This document shows positions 13,933-25,900 of a stretch of DNA of 26,935 bases, piece after piece (the stretch's first letter is position 1; each line of letters begins with the position of its first letter). The stretch lies in IMG/VR virus record IMGVR_UViG_3300044641_006843, positions 1 through 26,935 of that record; one strand, given 5' to 3'. The DNA comes from a virus (Duplodnaviria > Caudoviricetes). The notes beneath the pieces were generated by a model, which was given only the letters and a program-made list of their open reading frames with translations, had not been told where the DNA came from and made no database searches. A program made the translations under genes and the position numbers.

Positions 13933-16900
13933 CGTCTCGGGTCTGCTTGGGTGTCCTGAACCAATTGTATGCGTCCTTCATGGCGGCCACCTTGGTCTGG
14001 TTGCTCTGGTCTCCGAGGGACATCAGCGTGACGCCATCGACGATTAGCTTGGCCATTTCTGAAGCGTGGCTTGCGGTCGGGAAGTTCGGCTTGATGACGA
14101 GCATCGGTCCGTTGAAAGACACGACCCTAGACATGCCAGCGGCGATTTCCTGAGAGCTGGAATTGGCATCCAGACCCATGGCATGCAACATCATAGGAAC
14201 AGGTGCGGACCATCCGATGCCTTCCGACCTGATATCGTACGGCCCAATCGCTTCTGCCTTGGAGGAACGAAGAGTCGCGAGATTCGCTTGGTCAGCGAAA
14301 TCGCTAAAAGGCTCATCAGCAACGCTGGCAGGACCGGCGAATACTTCCGAGTACCTGCCTTCATTGTAGGCTTCCTTGGTGAGGCCCTGAAGCCCGCTAC
14401 CTGCCCTTAGGTCGGTGAACTCCTTCATGCCAGCAGGGTTCCTGATGAATCCTTCCTGCTTTGCGGCGGTTGTGACTTGGTGCGAAGCACTCCTGAACGA
14501 GGATTGCATGAACGCCTCCATGACGTAGGCACCTACACGAGAGTATTGCTTCAGGAACATCGTGAGATGGGGCACGTTGCCAAGATACTTGGACGCCTGT
14601 GCCGCACGTTCTTCCGCTTCTTCCATCGTGGCAATCTTCTCAAATAGAACTTTTCCGTTAGGAGCTAGGACGACGTAGGTCTTGTCGTTGGCCATCGCGA
14701 TGGACGCTTTTTCAAACGCATCATGCGACACGGCCTCGATGGCTTTCCTCGGATTGCCAGCGTAGTAGTATTCATTGAGCCACATGGGTGCACCGTAGTT
14801 GACGGCGTATCCATGAGTCTTGTCGTAAGGCATGGCCACAAGGATGCCTTCCGGAGAAGCCGTCACCTTGGACATGCGTTTCTTCATGTCATCGGAGTCG
14901 TTGACGCCTCGGTAGGTTTCATCAAGCTTGTCCTGAGCATACCCGCCTTCTTTGAGTTCTTTGTTCTTCTTGTAGACCGATTCGATGACTGCGGTGTAAT
15001 TCCTGACCGTTTTGTCCTTGTTTTTCTCCTCTGAGAACGCATCAGGGAATTCATCGATGACCTGTTTGCCAGCGTCGATGAGCCAGCTGGATACGGACTT
15101 CTTGGTTCCTTCGATTTCCACCTCGCTGGTGAAATCTAGGTTTTCGGCCCTTACCCGGTCGATGAGCTTGTTCATCATGCCACGCTTCCTCACAAGGTCC
15201 AAAACGTAAGCGGCCTCCGGTCCGATTTTGGCCGTGTTGGAGTATCCGCTTAGCATGAAGGTTTTGCCGCCGCCTAGGTTGACACCCAAGTTGACATATC
15301 CGGACGAACTGTATCGGCTTCTGTGGTGTCGGGCGTCGGCAATGACAAGTCCCCTTTGCCTCTTTTGGAGAGCCCTCATGACGTAGAAGTTTACCATGAT
15401 GGGCCTGTAGGCGTTGTCTTCGCCGTGCGGCATGCCGTCTGGGATTACGTTAGTCACCAAGTCTCCGTCTTCGTCCAGAGTCAGGCCGGTCTTCTTGGCA
15501 ATTTCAGCCTGACGTGCCTTGAGCTTTTCGGTCTCGGAGTTCTCCTTGAAGCTTTCATGAAGCACGGCGATGGCAGGAGCCATGGATTCCATGGTCTTAC
15601 CAAGGAACGTACGTGCCCTGTGCTGGATGTATCGGGTTCCCTGAGACTCGTACAGGCCGCTGACGGAATCCATGTCGTAGTCCATGTTCTTGAACAGGGA
15701 GCCGAAATTGCTCCTGAAATTCGAAGATGCCGGGTAGTCGGATGTGTAGAAACTGTTAAACCAATCGACAGCCCTCATTTCGCCGGACTTGCCTTTGTAC
15801 ACGCCGTTGACGAAATCACGAATCATCTGTCCGGTTAGGTCGCGGTTACCAGCGGCCAGCACGTCGGTCACTTGCTCCATGTCACCGCCGGAGGCGTCCA
15901 TTAGGAAGTTGACGGTCCTAGCCATCATGGTCCTAGGGCTCATGTACTGCCTGTTTTCGAGTATGCCAGACTCACGGGCCAGACGCATGGCGTCAGCAGG
16001 CGTGGGAGCGGAAATGCTGGCACGGTTGCAGAAAGCGATGACGAAGGCCCTGAGTTCAGACTCGGACGGACCTTCGAACATGGTCTTGTGGTCTGGGAAC
16101 ATCGGGTCATCGGTAGGCAGAGGAGACTGCGAACCATGCTGGTCGGTCATGCTGATTTTCGTGTCTTGATAGGCGATGTTCTTGGCCTCTCCGGAGGACA
16201 TGTCTTCCAAAATCCGTGCCATCTTCCTCATGGCCGCGACGTCTTGGACGGTAACCATGCCACGTTCCACAAGTCCTGACGTGAACTCTTGGTTTTCCGA
16301 CAACAGCCTTACTTTTGCTGCCCAATCAGCCGCCAGCTTGTCGAAATCGATTTTGTCGAATTTAGCGATTCCTCCGGCACCATCAGCCACCTTGCACAAA
16401 TCGGAAACTTCAGCCGTGTGTGCGATGAACTCGGGAGATAGTGCCAGAAGATACTTGGCCATGCCCTGAATCCTCAGCTCCATCGAATGGCCCCCGTTAA
16501 GGAAATAACCATAGCTCATGCCTCCGAATCCGGGCATGTTTTTTTCGACTCCTAGGAAGTAAGCGTTGATTGCACCGTCGAGAAGCTGGTTAATCGGCTC
16601 GTCCACCATCCTCCGATAAAGCCTAGTAGCATTGTCCGAAAGTTCTCCGACCGGGTAAAGGTCTGGAATCTTAGCAGGCAATCCGTAGTTCTTGGTAAGG
16701 CTTTCTGGCACGGAAACGTTGCCCCTAGAAGTCCATACGCTTGGGTCGTCATCCCTAGAGATAACGAACCTGAGGAACGGACCGGAGTTCATTACATCCC
16801 TCTTGGCCATTTCCTTGTTGATGTAGGCCGTGAAGTGACGCCTGACGTACTGCCTAGCCGTGTTGCTCAGCCAAGAACGCTTCTCGTTGAGATTCATCCT

Positions 16901-19900
16901 ATTGGCAGATAACCGCTCGATGATTGCATTAATCTCCTTCTTCAATGCCGGGTTCTCTTCGATTTCCTTGAACGAAGAGTAGAGGGAAAGCCCCTCTTCC
17001 GGCCTAGCACCAAACTCCTTGCGTTGGTAGGTGTCGGATTGAAGCTCTTCGACGAAGGTGACAGGAATTTGCTTGGCGGATTCATCGCTGTTCTTTTTCA
17101 GGATGTCGTAAGCCCTGCTGACCGGACTCTGCACGGGAATGACGGAAGCGACGCTGGCATCCGTAAGCCTGAGGTGTCCAATGAGGTTGCCCAATGGAGC
17201 ACCCCTATGGGAACCGGAAGTCCTAGCGTATCCGTCGGCGATGGCCTTCTTGATTGCCATGATGTGCTTGGCCGCCTGAAGGGAGTCCAAGTATTTCTTC
17301 CTGAGCTCCGGAGGGTTTTGCCCGTCGTTGGCGTTCTGGGCAAGTGCCGCAATGTAATTCTTGAATTCCTCATCAACGGGCATGCTTTCCGTGAACAATG
17401 CCTGATAGACATGTTCGCCAAGGCCGGAAGTGTATCCGCTGTATCCGGCGTCACGATTTTTGTAAAATCCGAAATCCTTTTGGTCTTTGATGTGGGTGTC
17501 CCAATACCTTTCGGCGTTGGTCTCCCAATTCTTGAGACTGAGGTCGTATTTAGCCAGCTCGTCCACGCTGATGGTGGCCGGGTCAGGGATGTAAATTTCG
17601 ATTCCAGACAATGCGGCCAACGATTCTGCGGAAGCTTTCTTGGCGGACTCGTTGAACCCAAGCCTGTAGTACTCAAGCAGGGGTGCCGAGAATTCCATTA
17701 CCCTGTCAGGGTCGGTCGCAAGGGCCTTGAAGATTCCGCTGACGATTTCATGGGACGGCTTACCGGTAAGCCCAAGCTCCTCGACAAGCCTTACGACGGT
17801 ATCCTTGCTATAGGTCTTTTCATACGCTTCCTTGAGGCTGTTAAGATGAATGTCCTTGAGTGCCTGAAGTGCTGTCTCCATCGCAGGCCTGTTTTCATCG
17901 GAGGCCTTGGTGATTGCATGTTCGATTGCGTTAAGTTGTCCCTGCATGAGCGACAGGGTCCTGCCAGCGTAAAGCATCTTCGAGACCTGATAGTTCTCAT
18001 TGTGCGGAGACCTGATTTGCAACAGGCTCATCTGCTCGTTGAGCTTCGGCACATCGCTTTGCCACAGCTGCCTTCCCTGCCTAGGGTAGAAGACGTTGAG
18101 GTACTCCAAGATGTCTTTCTTGCTCAGGTTGTTGTCCTTGTTCGCGTAAAGGAAGTGGGCCATGCCCGTCGTACGCATCTCTCCCTTGGAAACCCTGTTA
18201 GAGGTAAGAAGGTCGAACCATTCGATGCCGGTCCTGACTTCCTTGATACGCTTGTGCTTATCCATTCCCTTGATGATGGAATTGATGAGCGTGGAGCTGA
18301 ACTGAATCGGAGAACCTCCGAGTGCGAAGTTGAGCCTAGTCCTGAGGGAGTTCTCAAGCTCTTCGACCCTATGGTCTCCGATGGACAGGGAAATCCTGTC
18401 CTGCTTTGGAGCTTCGGTGGTGATTACTTCGCCCTTCCTGATGATGTTGGAAGCCTTTCGTGCTTCTTCGGCAGTCTTGAATACCTTGGGAAGGTTGCCG
18501 ACGCCCCACACGCCATCCGCGTAGACGGGAGTGTCGGCCTGTACGACTAGGTTGAATTTGCTGGACCTCTGTACGAGGTAGGTTGCCGTGCTGGTGGCCG
18601 AAACCTCCTCAAGCTTGATGGAGTCGGGGTTTGGCGTGAGCTTGGCCACTTCCGCGTTGATTCCTCCTGCGGCAATCTTGTCCGCCAAGGCGTTGGCCTC
18701 GGATTCCGTGTCCAGATTGCGTACGATGCGTTTGACCTGCCTGCGTCCGTCCTGACCGATGGGACCGAACTCGTTCCAAGCGATGGTGTAACGCTTCTGG
18801 GCGTTCTTGAACACCGTAAGGTTGAGAGACTTGTTGGAATCCCAAGCATAGTGCTGAAGGTCTCCCCTGTCCGGGAACATCATCTCGATGATTCCTGACC
18901 TGTCGCCTGTCATGGCCAACGACCTTTCATTGTCAGGCAGGAAGTAACCGGACTCACCGGTCATGATTCGGTGGAACGCCGCGGTCATGTCGCCGTGCAT
19001 GTTCTGGTTCACGATGTTGGCAGACTTGATTGCCTCCATCATCAGGGTATCCGGTCCGACGCCTCCGCTACCGCTTCCCTTTTCCTTGCCGAGCAACTGA
19101 AGTGCCGCGTTGCCGGAGCTGGCCTTAGGCTCCTCCTTCATCATGAAGTCAACCAGCCTTGCATAGGATTCTCCCTGACCGGAGAAACGTTGGTAAATCT
19201 GTCCGAAGTTGTTTGCGGCAGTAGGGCCGTTGCCTCCCCAGACAGACCTGAGCGACCTAGACGCAGACCAAGGACTGTCGATGATTCCAGCGGAGGCATA
19301 GTTCGAGAACACGGCCGCGTTGAAGTCTTCGATTTTCGCGTCCTTCGGAAGAATGAACGTCTGGTATGCCCACTCCTGAGAAACGTCATGCATGAACTCG
19401 TCACAGCATACGAGCATGTGATAGAGGTCTTCCTTGCCGGACGGGATGTTTCCGTCGAGGAGGTTCTGCAAGGTTTCCCTAATCTTGGGAACCATTTGGC
19501 CCGGTAGAGAAGTCATTCCCGTGCCGCCTGACAGTTTGTTCTGGGTGCTACCTCCTAGGTAGATGTCGCCCGTCATCAGCTTCCTGACACCCTGAAGGTA
19601 GTCGATGATTGAAGCTTGGTCGATGGCGGCGAACTTCTTTCCTAGGGAGGAGAAGACATACTTGTTTCCAACCATGTTGGCCGGAATCGGGTTGTTGTGT
19701 GCGAAGCTGTTCAGGATAGACTTCCTGATGATGGACTGAGACACGGCGGTCTTTCCATTGGCATCCCAACCTACCGCACGAAGAAGAGGAATACCGATGG
19801 ACGGCCTCCAATTGTCGTCATGGACGGTGTCGTAGCTCGCGGCGATGTTGGTATCGGGAGAGAAGTTGACCATGATGCGTCCGTCCTCCAGACGCCTCCA

Positions 19901-22900
19901 GCTAAAGCCAATCTTTCCGTAATCCCTTCCGTGCATCATGTTGCCCATGCCGGTGGTGCCAGCCGCGGCCATCGTCTTCCACATCATGGGCCCGGCGTTC
20001 TTCATGGCGGTCTGCCTGCCTTCGGTGTTTACGATTTGGAGGAAGGACGGATTAGGAGAAGAGGATGCCGCGTAACGACCGGCAGGGAACGAAAGCTCGG
20101 TCTTGCCTAGCTGTTTCGCGATGGCGGCCAGACGGTTTGTCATCAACGACCTCTTGAAACTTTGACTGAGCACGTTTCCTAGTGCGGGAGAATTGGCCAA
20201 CGTTACTCCTCCCGTACCGATGACGTAATTTGAGGTGGTGTAGTAATCGCTTCCTCCCAAATCTTTCTGCTTGAGGACATTTCTTCCGCTTCCGGCCTCA
20301 TCTTCTCCGAAGACCATGGCATCCTCAAGAAGCCCGCGAAGGCTGACGATGGAATTCTCCATGGCTTCATGCATGCTGATTTCACGACTCGATTGCTCGA
20401 CGTAGCCTACGGGTGTGACGAAGGAGTTGATTGCGGCATCAATGCCATTGTCTCTGTCAAACGATTCCCAATTGGTCCTAGCAGAACCACGCTCATATTT
20501 GACGCCGTGAGAAGGACCAAAACTACGTTCAAGTGCGAAGGAAGCACCTTCGTACGCTTTGTTCTGGATTCCCGGAGTGTATGCAGGGTCATGCCTGAAT
20601 TTAGCAACAGGAGGAGAGTAGAACGGAAACAGGAAGCTTTGGGTGTCGTCCGTGAGCTGGATGTCATTAAGGAGCCTACGCACAGGGGTATTCTTCCTGC
20701 TTGAATAGCTTTCATGGAAGTTGGCTTTGTATCCTTTCGTACGCTTATCCTTCATCGCGGCCATGCCGGCGGCGACGCCATGCCAAAATTCATTACGTTC
20801 GTCGTGGATTGCGTTGGCGATAACTTCTCCGAGCATCGCGGCCACCTTGTTTGGCCCTAAATCGTTTAACCCCTGCAAGGCGGCATGCTGGCCCATAAGG
20901 TGGTCCATGCCGTATGCAGAGCCGAAGTTCAGGGAATCCCTGAGCGTAAACTCGACGTTATCAGGAAGCCTTTTGCCTTCTTTTTCAAACGCTACGCCGG
21001 ACATAAGACCAAGCATGGTCAGTATGCCCGAGGAGGAATGCTGAGAGGTAAGCTCGTGCACGAGGCGGTTTTTTGCCTCTGAGCCGATTCCGGCCACCCA
21101 ATCGTTGACGTATCCCTTAAACTGTTCAGGAGTGGCGTTGCCCTCTCCAATCTTCGTCTCAAGGAAGGCGAACGCATCGCTGGTGATGGCACCGAAATTG
21201 GTAAGTTCCACTAGGCCGTCTTCCGTCGCCCTTGAAAGTCCGTTCTGAAGAAGTGCAAAGAGATAGGGTGCAACAGCCGCACCGAGTGCGGAATGGCTTA
21301 GGTGAACTCCGTTTTCCACATTGAACGCGACCTTCTTGTTTTCGGAGATGGAGGCTTTTGCCATAGGACCGGTCGTGTCCGCAAAGATTGACATAATCTG
21401 CGGAAGGCTTGCCTGAATGTGATTCTGATTGTTGTCGGGTCCGCCCTCGTTCTTGAGCATGACCATGCCCATCAGGGACTGTACGGCTAGGATGTTGCCT
21501 CCGACATAGTGGGCCAAGGCGGTCTTTTCATTGGACAGACTGATAAAAGAAACCGCCTGAGGGTCGGTGAGCTTTTCAAGGTATTCTACAAACACCTTGG
21601 CACGGTCGTATCCTCCGACGGAACGCTCCATGTCCTGCTTAAACTTGGTTGGGTTTGTCAGCAATTCCTTCCACCTGAATTTCTGCGGCCTTTGCAAATT
21701 AAACAGGGAGAATCCTACATAGCTTTCAACGTTCGTGAGGGTCCTGTTGATTTTTTCGATAGCGTCTGCCGGGATGCCACGACCTTCGGACGTCATCTTG
21801 TAGGAATTAAGGCCGTCGAAGCTTACGGAGAACGGGTCAACAGAGACGATTCCCTTGCCTTCGGCCGTTACGGCACCGAAGACGCCGGTAAGCGTCTGTC
21901 CTCGCGTCATCATCAGGCCGGACGGTACGATGTACTGAAGTTCCGTGCTGAACTGAGGAGAAATCCTCTGTTCTGCCGCCGACTTGAAGATTGCATCCCT
22001 AGAACCAAGTCCGGCACGCCACACGTCCATGACCTTCATGGCAAGGGCTACCTGCGACTCGATGCTGGAGATACGCCTGCTGACGTCGCTGATGAGCGGC
22101 TGTACGAGTGCGGCCCTAGTCTCAAGAGGAAGGGCGGCAAGTTCTGCGAACGTGTACTTGCTCATGAACCCACCTAGGTCCGACTGATTCTCAAGGTAAC
22201 TGACGATGTCCGAGTCATCCTCGAAGAAGTTTTCGTCCAGCTCGTTGAGCGTGGCGATGTCATTGAGTTCACGCTTGACGGTCCCAAGCATTTCAAGGCT
22301 TTCCCTGTGGTCCTCCACGGTCTTTCCGAAGGAGTACATGATGTTATCTAGCATCTGCGAGCTTCCGGGGAGGTTCTGCTGAATCTGCCTGTAGGTTCCG
22401 GCCATCTGCTCATCGTAATGCATGAGCGAGGCTTTTGGCTCCGAGGTCGGAACATCATCAAGTCTCTCGGCTTGGAAAGCGTCGATGTTGCTTCCGTATG
22501 CACGTGTTTCGGCAACGTCCGTGGAAGCCACCGTCTGTGCGTCCTTCAGGTCATGGATGTATGCACCGAAGATTCCGGAAAGTGCCGAAGGAACGAAGCC
22601 AGAATGCCTGATAGACCTAATGCCGTGCTTTTCTCCGTAGGCGGTCGGGATTTCTGCGTTAAATCCAAGCCTCTTTTTCAGGATTGCGGAAGAGCCCTCG
22701 CCCGCACCGAAGAAAGAGCCGACGTTTTCGAACAATCCGCTGTCCAGCGTAGTAATCGGGAAATGTGCACCTGCGACAAGCTCGACAGTAGCCGCCGCCA
22801 TGTCGTCCAGAAGGAGTCCGTAAAGCCTGCGGGCAAGCTTCGGGTCTCCCTCGATGTTGGATTCAATCTTTTTGACGGCTTGCTGTACGACAGGTCCGAT

Positions 22901-25900
22901 GAGCATGGTCGCCCTGTTAATCCTGTCGTTGAGCATAACGGCGTACTCCGTTCCGACTGCCACCTTTGGCAGGTTCTTAATGAACATGCCGCTATCGACG
23001 CGTTTCCTGAACGCAGTCCAATCTTCCATGGATGCCCAGCTGGGCCTGTTCTCCATGCTGAAGCTAATCTTGGCACCGTCCCAGACATACCTTCCGAGCG
23101 TAATTTTGGAGGTCTTTTGGCTTACGGGCCGGTTGTTCCTGCCGGATACTTCATTGAACACGCCCTCAAGGTAAGAGGGGTCGTTCTTGGTAAGCCTAAG
23201 CATGTGCTCTTTGCCTAGCTTCATGCCCTTGGCGGAGGGAACCCCGCCCTTTCCGGAAACAGAGCGGGCCGTGCTGAAATTGATGTGGTTGAAGGCGAGG
23301 ATGTTCAGCAGGTCGTTCTTCGTGAAGATGTGGTCCTTCATCGCCTCGTCGATTGAGTCGAGCAGGACGGCTTTTGCGGCGTCCTCCGAGAACAGGCCAT
23401 GCTTGGAAAGCTCGGTCCTGATTTCACCGCCAAGCACCATGGCCGGGAATCGGTCGGAGTTGACGATGTCGATGACGCTATTTCCTACGGACAGGATGTC
23501 CTCGGCCTCGATGACGAATCCGGCAAGCTTGGCGAAATCCTTGATGGTATAGGTCATCGGCTGGCCGGTCTTGCCCATCTCCTTTGCGGTGGCCATGAAC
23601 GAGCCGCCCTCATAAGAAAGGTTTTCCTTTCCAAGCTGCACGGCCGCCTGAGCGGCGGCGTGGTAATCGCCCTTAACGAGGTAATGACCGCTGGTGAGGA
23701 TGAGCCTTCCGTTTTCGTCGATTTCCCATCCGCTCTGCTGGACGATGAACCTTTCGAGGTTGTCCAGCTCGGTGCTGGCCCTAGCCGCAAGGTACCTGAC
23801 CAACGCCATCTTGCCGAACATCTGTGCGGCCTTGTTGTCATCGGCCTTTTCTCCGATGCCAGCAATGGACATCAGGACCGTGGACTGACTAAGGCTTCGT
23901 CCACGCATGATGCCCTTGTTCATGGCATCGTCGATAATCTGGAGCACCGAAGTGTTCTCGGCCGCAATCCTGTCCTTCATCGCAAGCTCAAGCTGACTGA
24001 GTCCGCGGCGTTGCTGGGTCGTGAACGCTTGTCGCTCGACGGGGTCCATGACGTACTCCAGACGGGAGTAATTGGTGATGGCCTTGTGTAGCTCGGTCAT
24101 CCTTCCGAACGGAGCGGAAGTGTCTACCATGTTGGCGTAATGCGTGACCATGGCCATTGCCGCGATTGCCGCCCTGAATTCCTTGTTTTCAGCGAGGGTG
24201 GTCACATACCTAGGGCTGGCATCTCCGACCTTCTCCTTGAAAGCGTCCAGCTCCTTGTAGAGGGTATAGGCATCCGCAATGGTATCTAGGCGACCGGCCT
24301 TGTAGTGAAGGTCTCCTGCGGCCCTGTACAGTTCGTCGCTTAGGCGACCGGCGTTATGTTCTGCCGTCGCAAATTCCATCATGTTCCTCACGGCCGACCT
24401 GACGATTGGCTTCGCCGAATACTCTAAGCTGGCGATGACGGGGGGAGTGTTGGACTTGACCAGAGCGTCCACCATCCTCTGTTGCCTGATGCCATGCTTG
24501 AAGTCGAAGTATGAAGCAGGAGAGGTATCCGTGTAGTCCACACCCAAAAGTTTGGCGAAGTTTTCCTTAATAGCTTCGTTGGCTACTCCCTGAATGGCCT
24601 TTTCGTCGTCCAGCAGGTTGCCCATTTTCTGCAAAATGTGCTGTACCTCGTGGACAAACAGGCCGGTGACGTAGTTGCTACCGGAGAATTTGCTGTTGAG
24701 CGACTCGGCGTCGGCCTTGAATTTGTCAAATTCGACGGGCAAATTGAGCTCAGCGGAAGCTAGGGCACGGGCACCGATTTCAATAATGAACGTACCGTAC
24801 ATTGTGCGAATTGCCCTAGCACCATGGATGTCAACAAACCTAACCTCGACGTCTTTGAGCTGTGGGAAATACCTGTAAAGCAGGTCATGTCCGAAGACCT
24901 TTCCAAGTTTCGTGCTCCCAAGAATCTTGTCCCTGTCAATGAAGGCTGAAATGCCCGGAGTAGTCATGCGGGTTCTCACTTCGTTGGCATACGCATCGAA
25001 GGCCTTTTGCATATCAGGACTGTCGGCAAACGGAAGGAGGTGCGGAGCACCGCCGGAAGTGGTGTAATCGACGTAAGAATCCCTGTCGGAAATCTCGAAG
25101 ATTTCGGTCATGATTCCCTTGACCATGACTTTTTTGATAAGTCCGAGTTTGGTCAGCTCGTTTTTCTGGACGCTGGACAGGCCCGTGACGTCGGCCAAGG
25201 ACATGGACGGTTCAGCCTTTGACCTTTCGAAGAAGGCCTCCTGCTCCTTGTGGAACTTCCTGATTGTGTCGATGAGGGCATCAGCCCTTTTCCTTTGCTG
25301 GGGGCTGAGGCCGTGGTCGGCGTAGAATTTCCTGCCCATGACGGTGTCAAGGGCTTCGCTCATCTTGGACAAGGGGCTTCCAAGAGACCAATACTTCTGC
25401 ATCTCAAGCTCCCAGCTGGCCAATGCCTCGTCCATGAACCTGTCTGCAAGCTGTTTCTGGTATTGGCTAAGGTCGGTGGTGGTGGCCCCGGTAACGGCCC
25501 TGATTCTTTCGGACGGGTCCAATGCCTTTTCGATGCTGTGGACGGCCGTGGCCAATCCAATCAAAGCCGGGTTGGCGTTTTCAATCACTTCAGTCAACAG
25601 GAGCTCGCTGTAATTCACCCTGTCCACAGGAGAGCCTTCGGTGGCTTCGTATGCACTCCTCAGTTCCTTAAGCTTAGCATCAAGCTCGGGATTCATTGCG
25701 ATGATTGCGGCCTCAAGCATGCCAACATGGGTCATGGCTTGAACGTCCCTCTGGCTCATACGCTTCGAGTCCGGGAGCATCAAACGCCTTACCAACGCGG
25801 CATACGCATTGGAGTCGGACATCTTAAATCCATCGGCTTGGGCGTTCCTAGCGATTTCAGTACCGCCAAGGATGCTTGCGTCCATGGCGTTCCATCCCTG

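Noticed and set aside
15668-15682. DYDMD as a DxDxD RNA-polymerase catalytic motif in the giant protein
   Set aside because: Isolated match with no recognisable double-psi-barrel context; likely chance in over 4,000 residues. Structure prediction would settle it.
17024-18550. 508-aa plus-strand ORF and other ORFs opposite the giant gene
   Set aside because: Antisense shadows with no motifs or start context.
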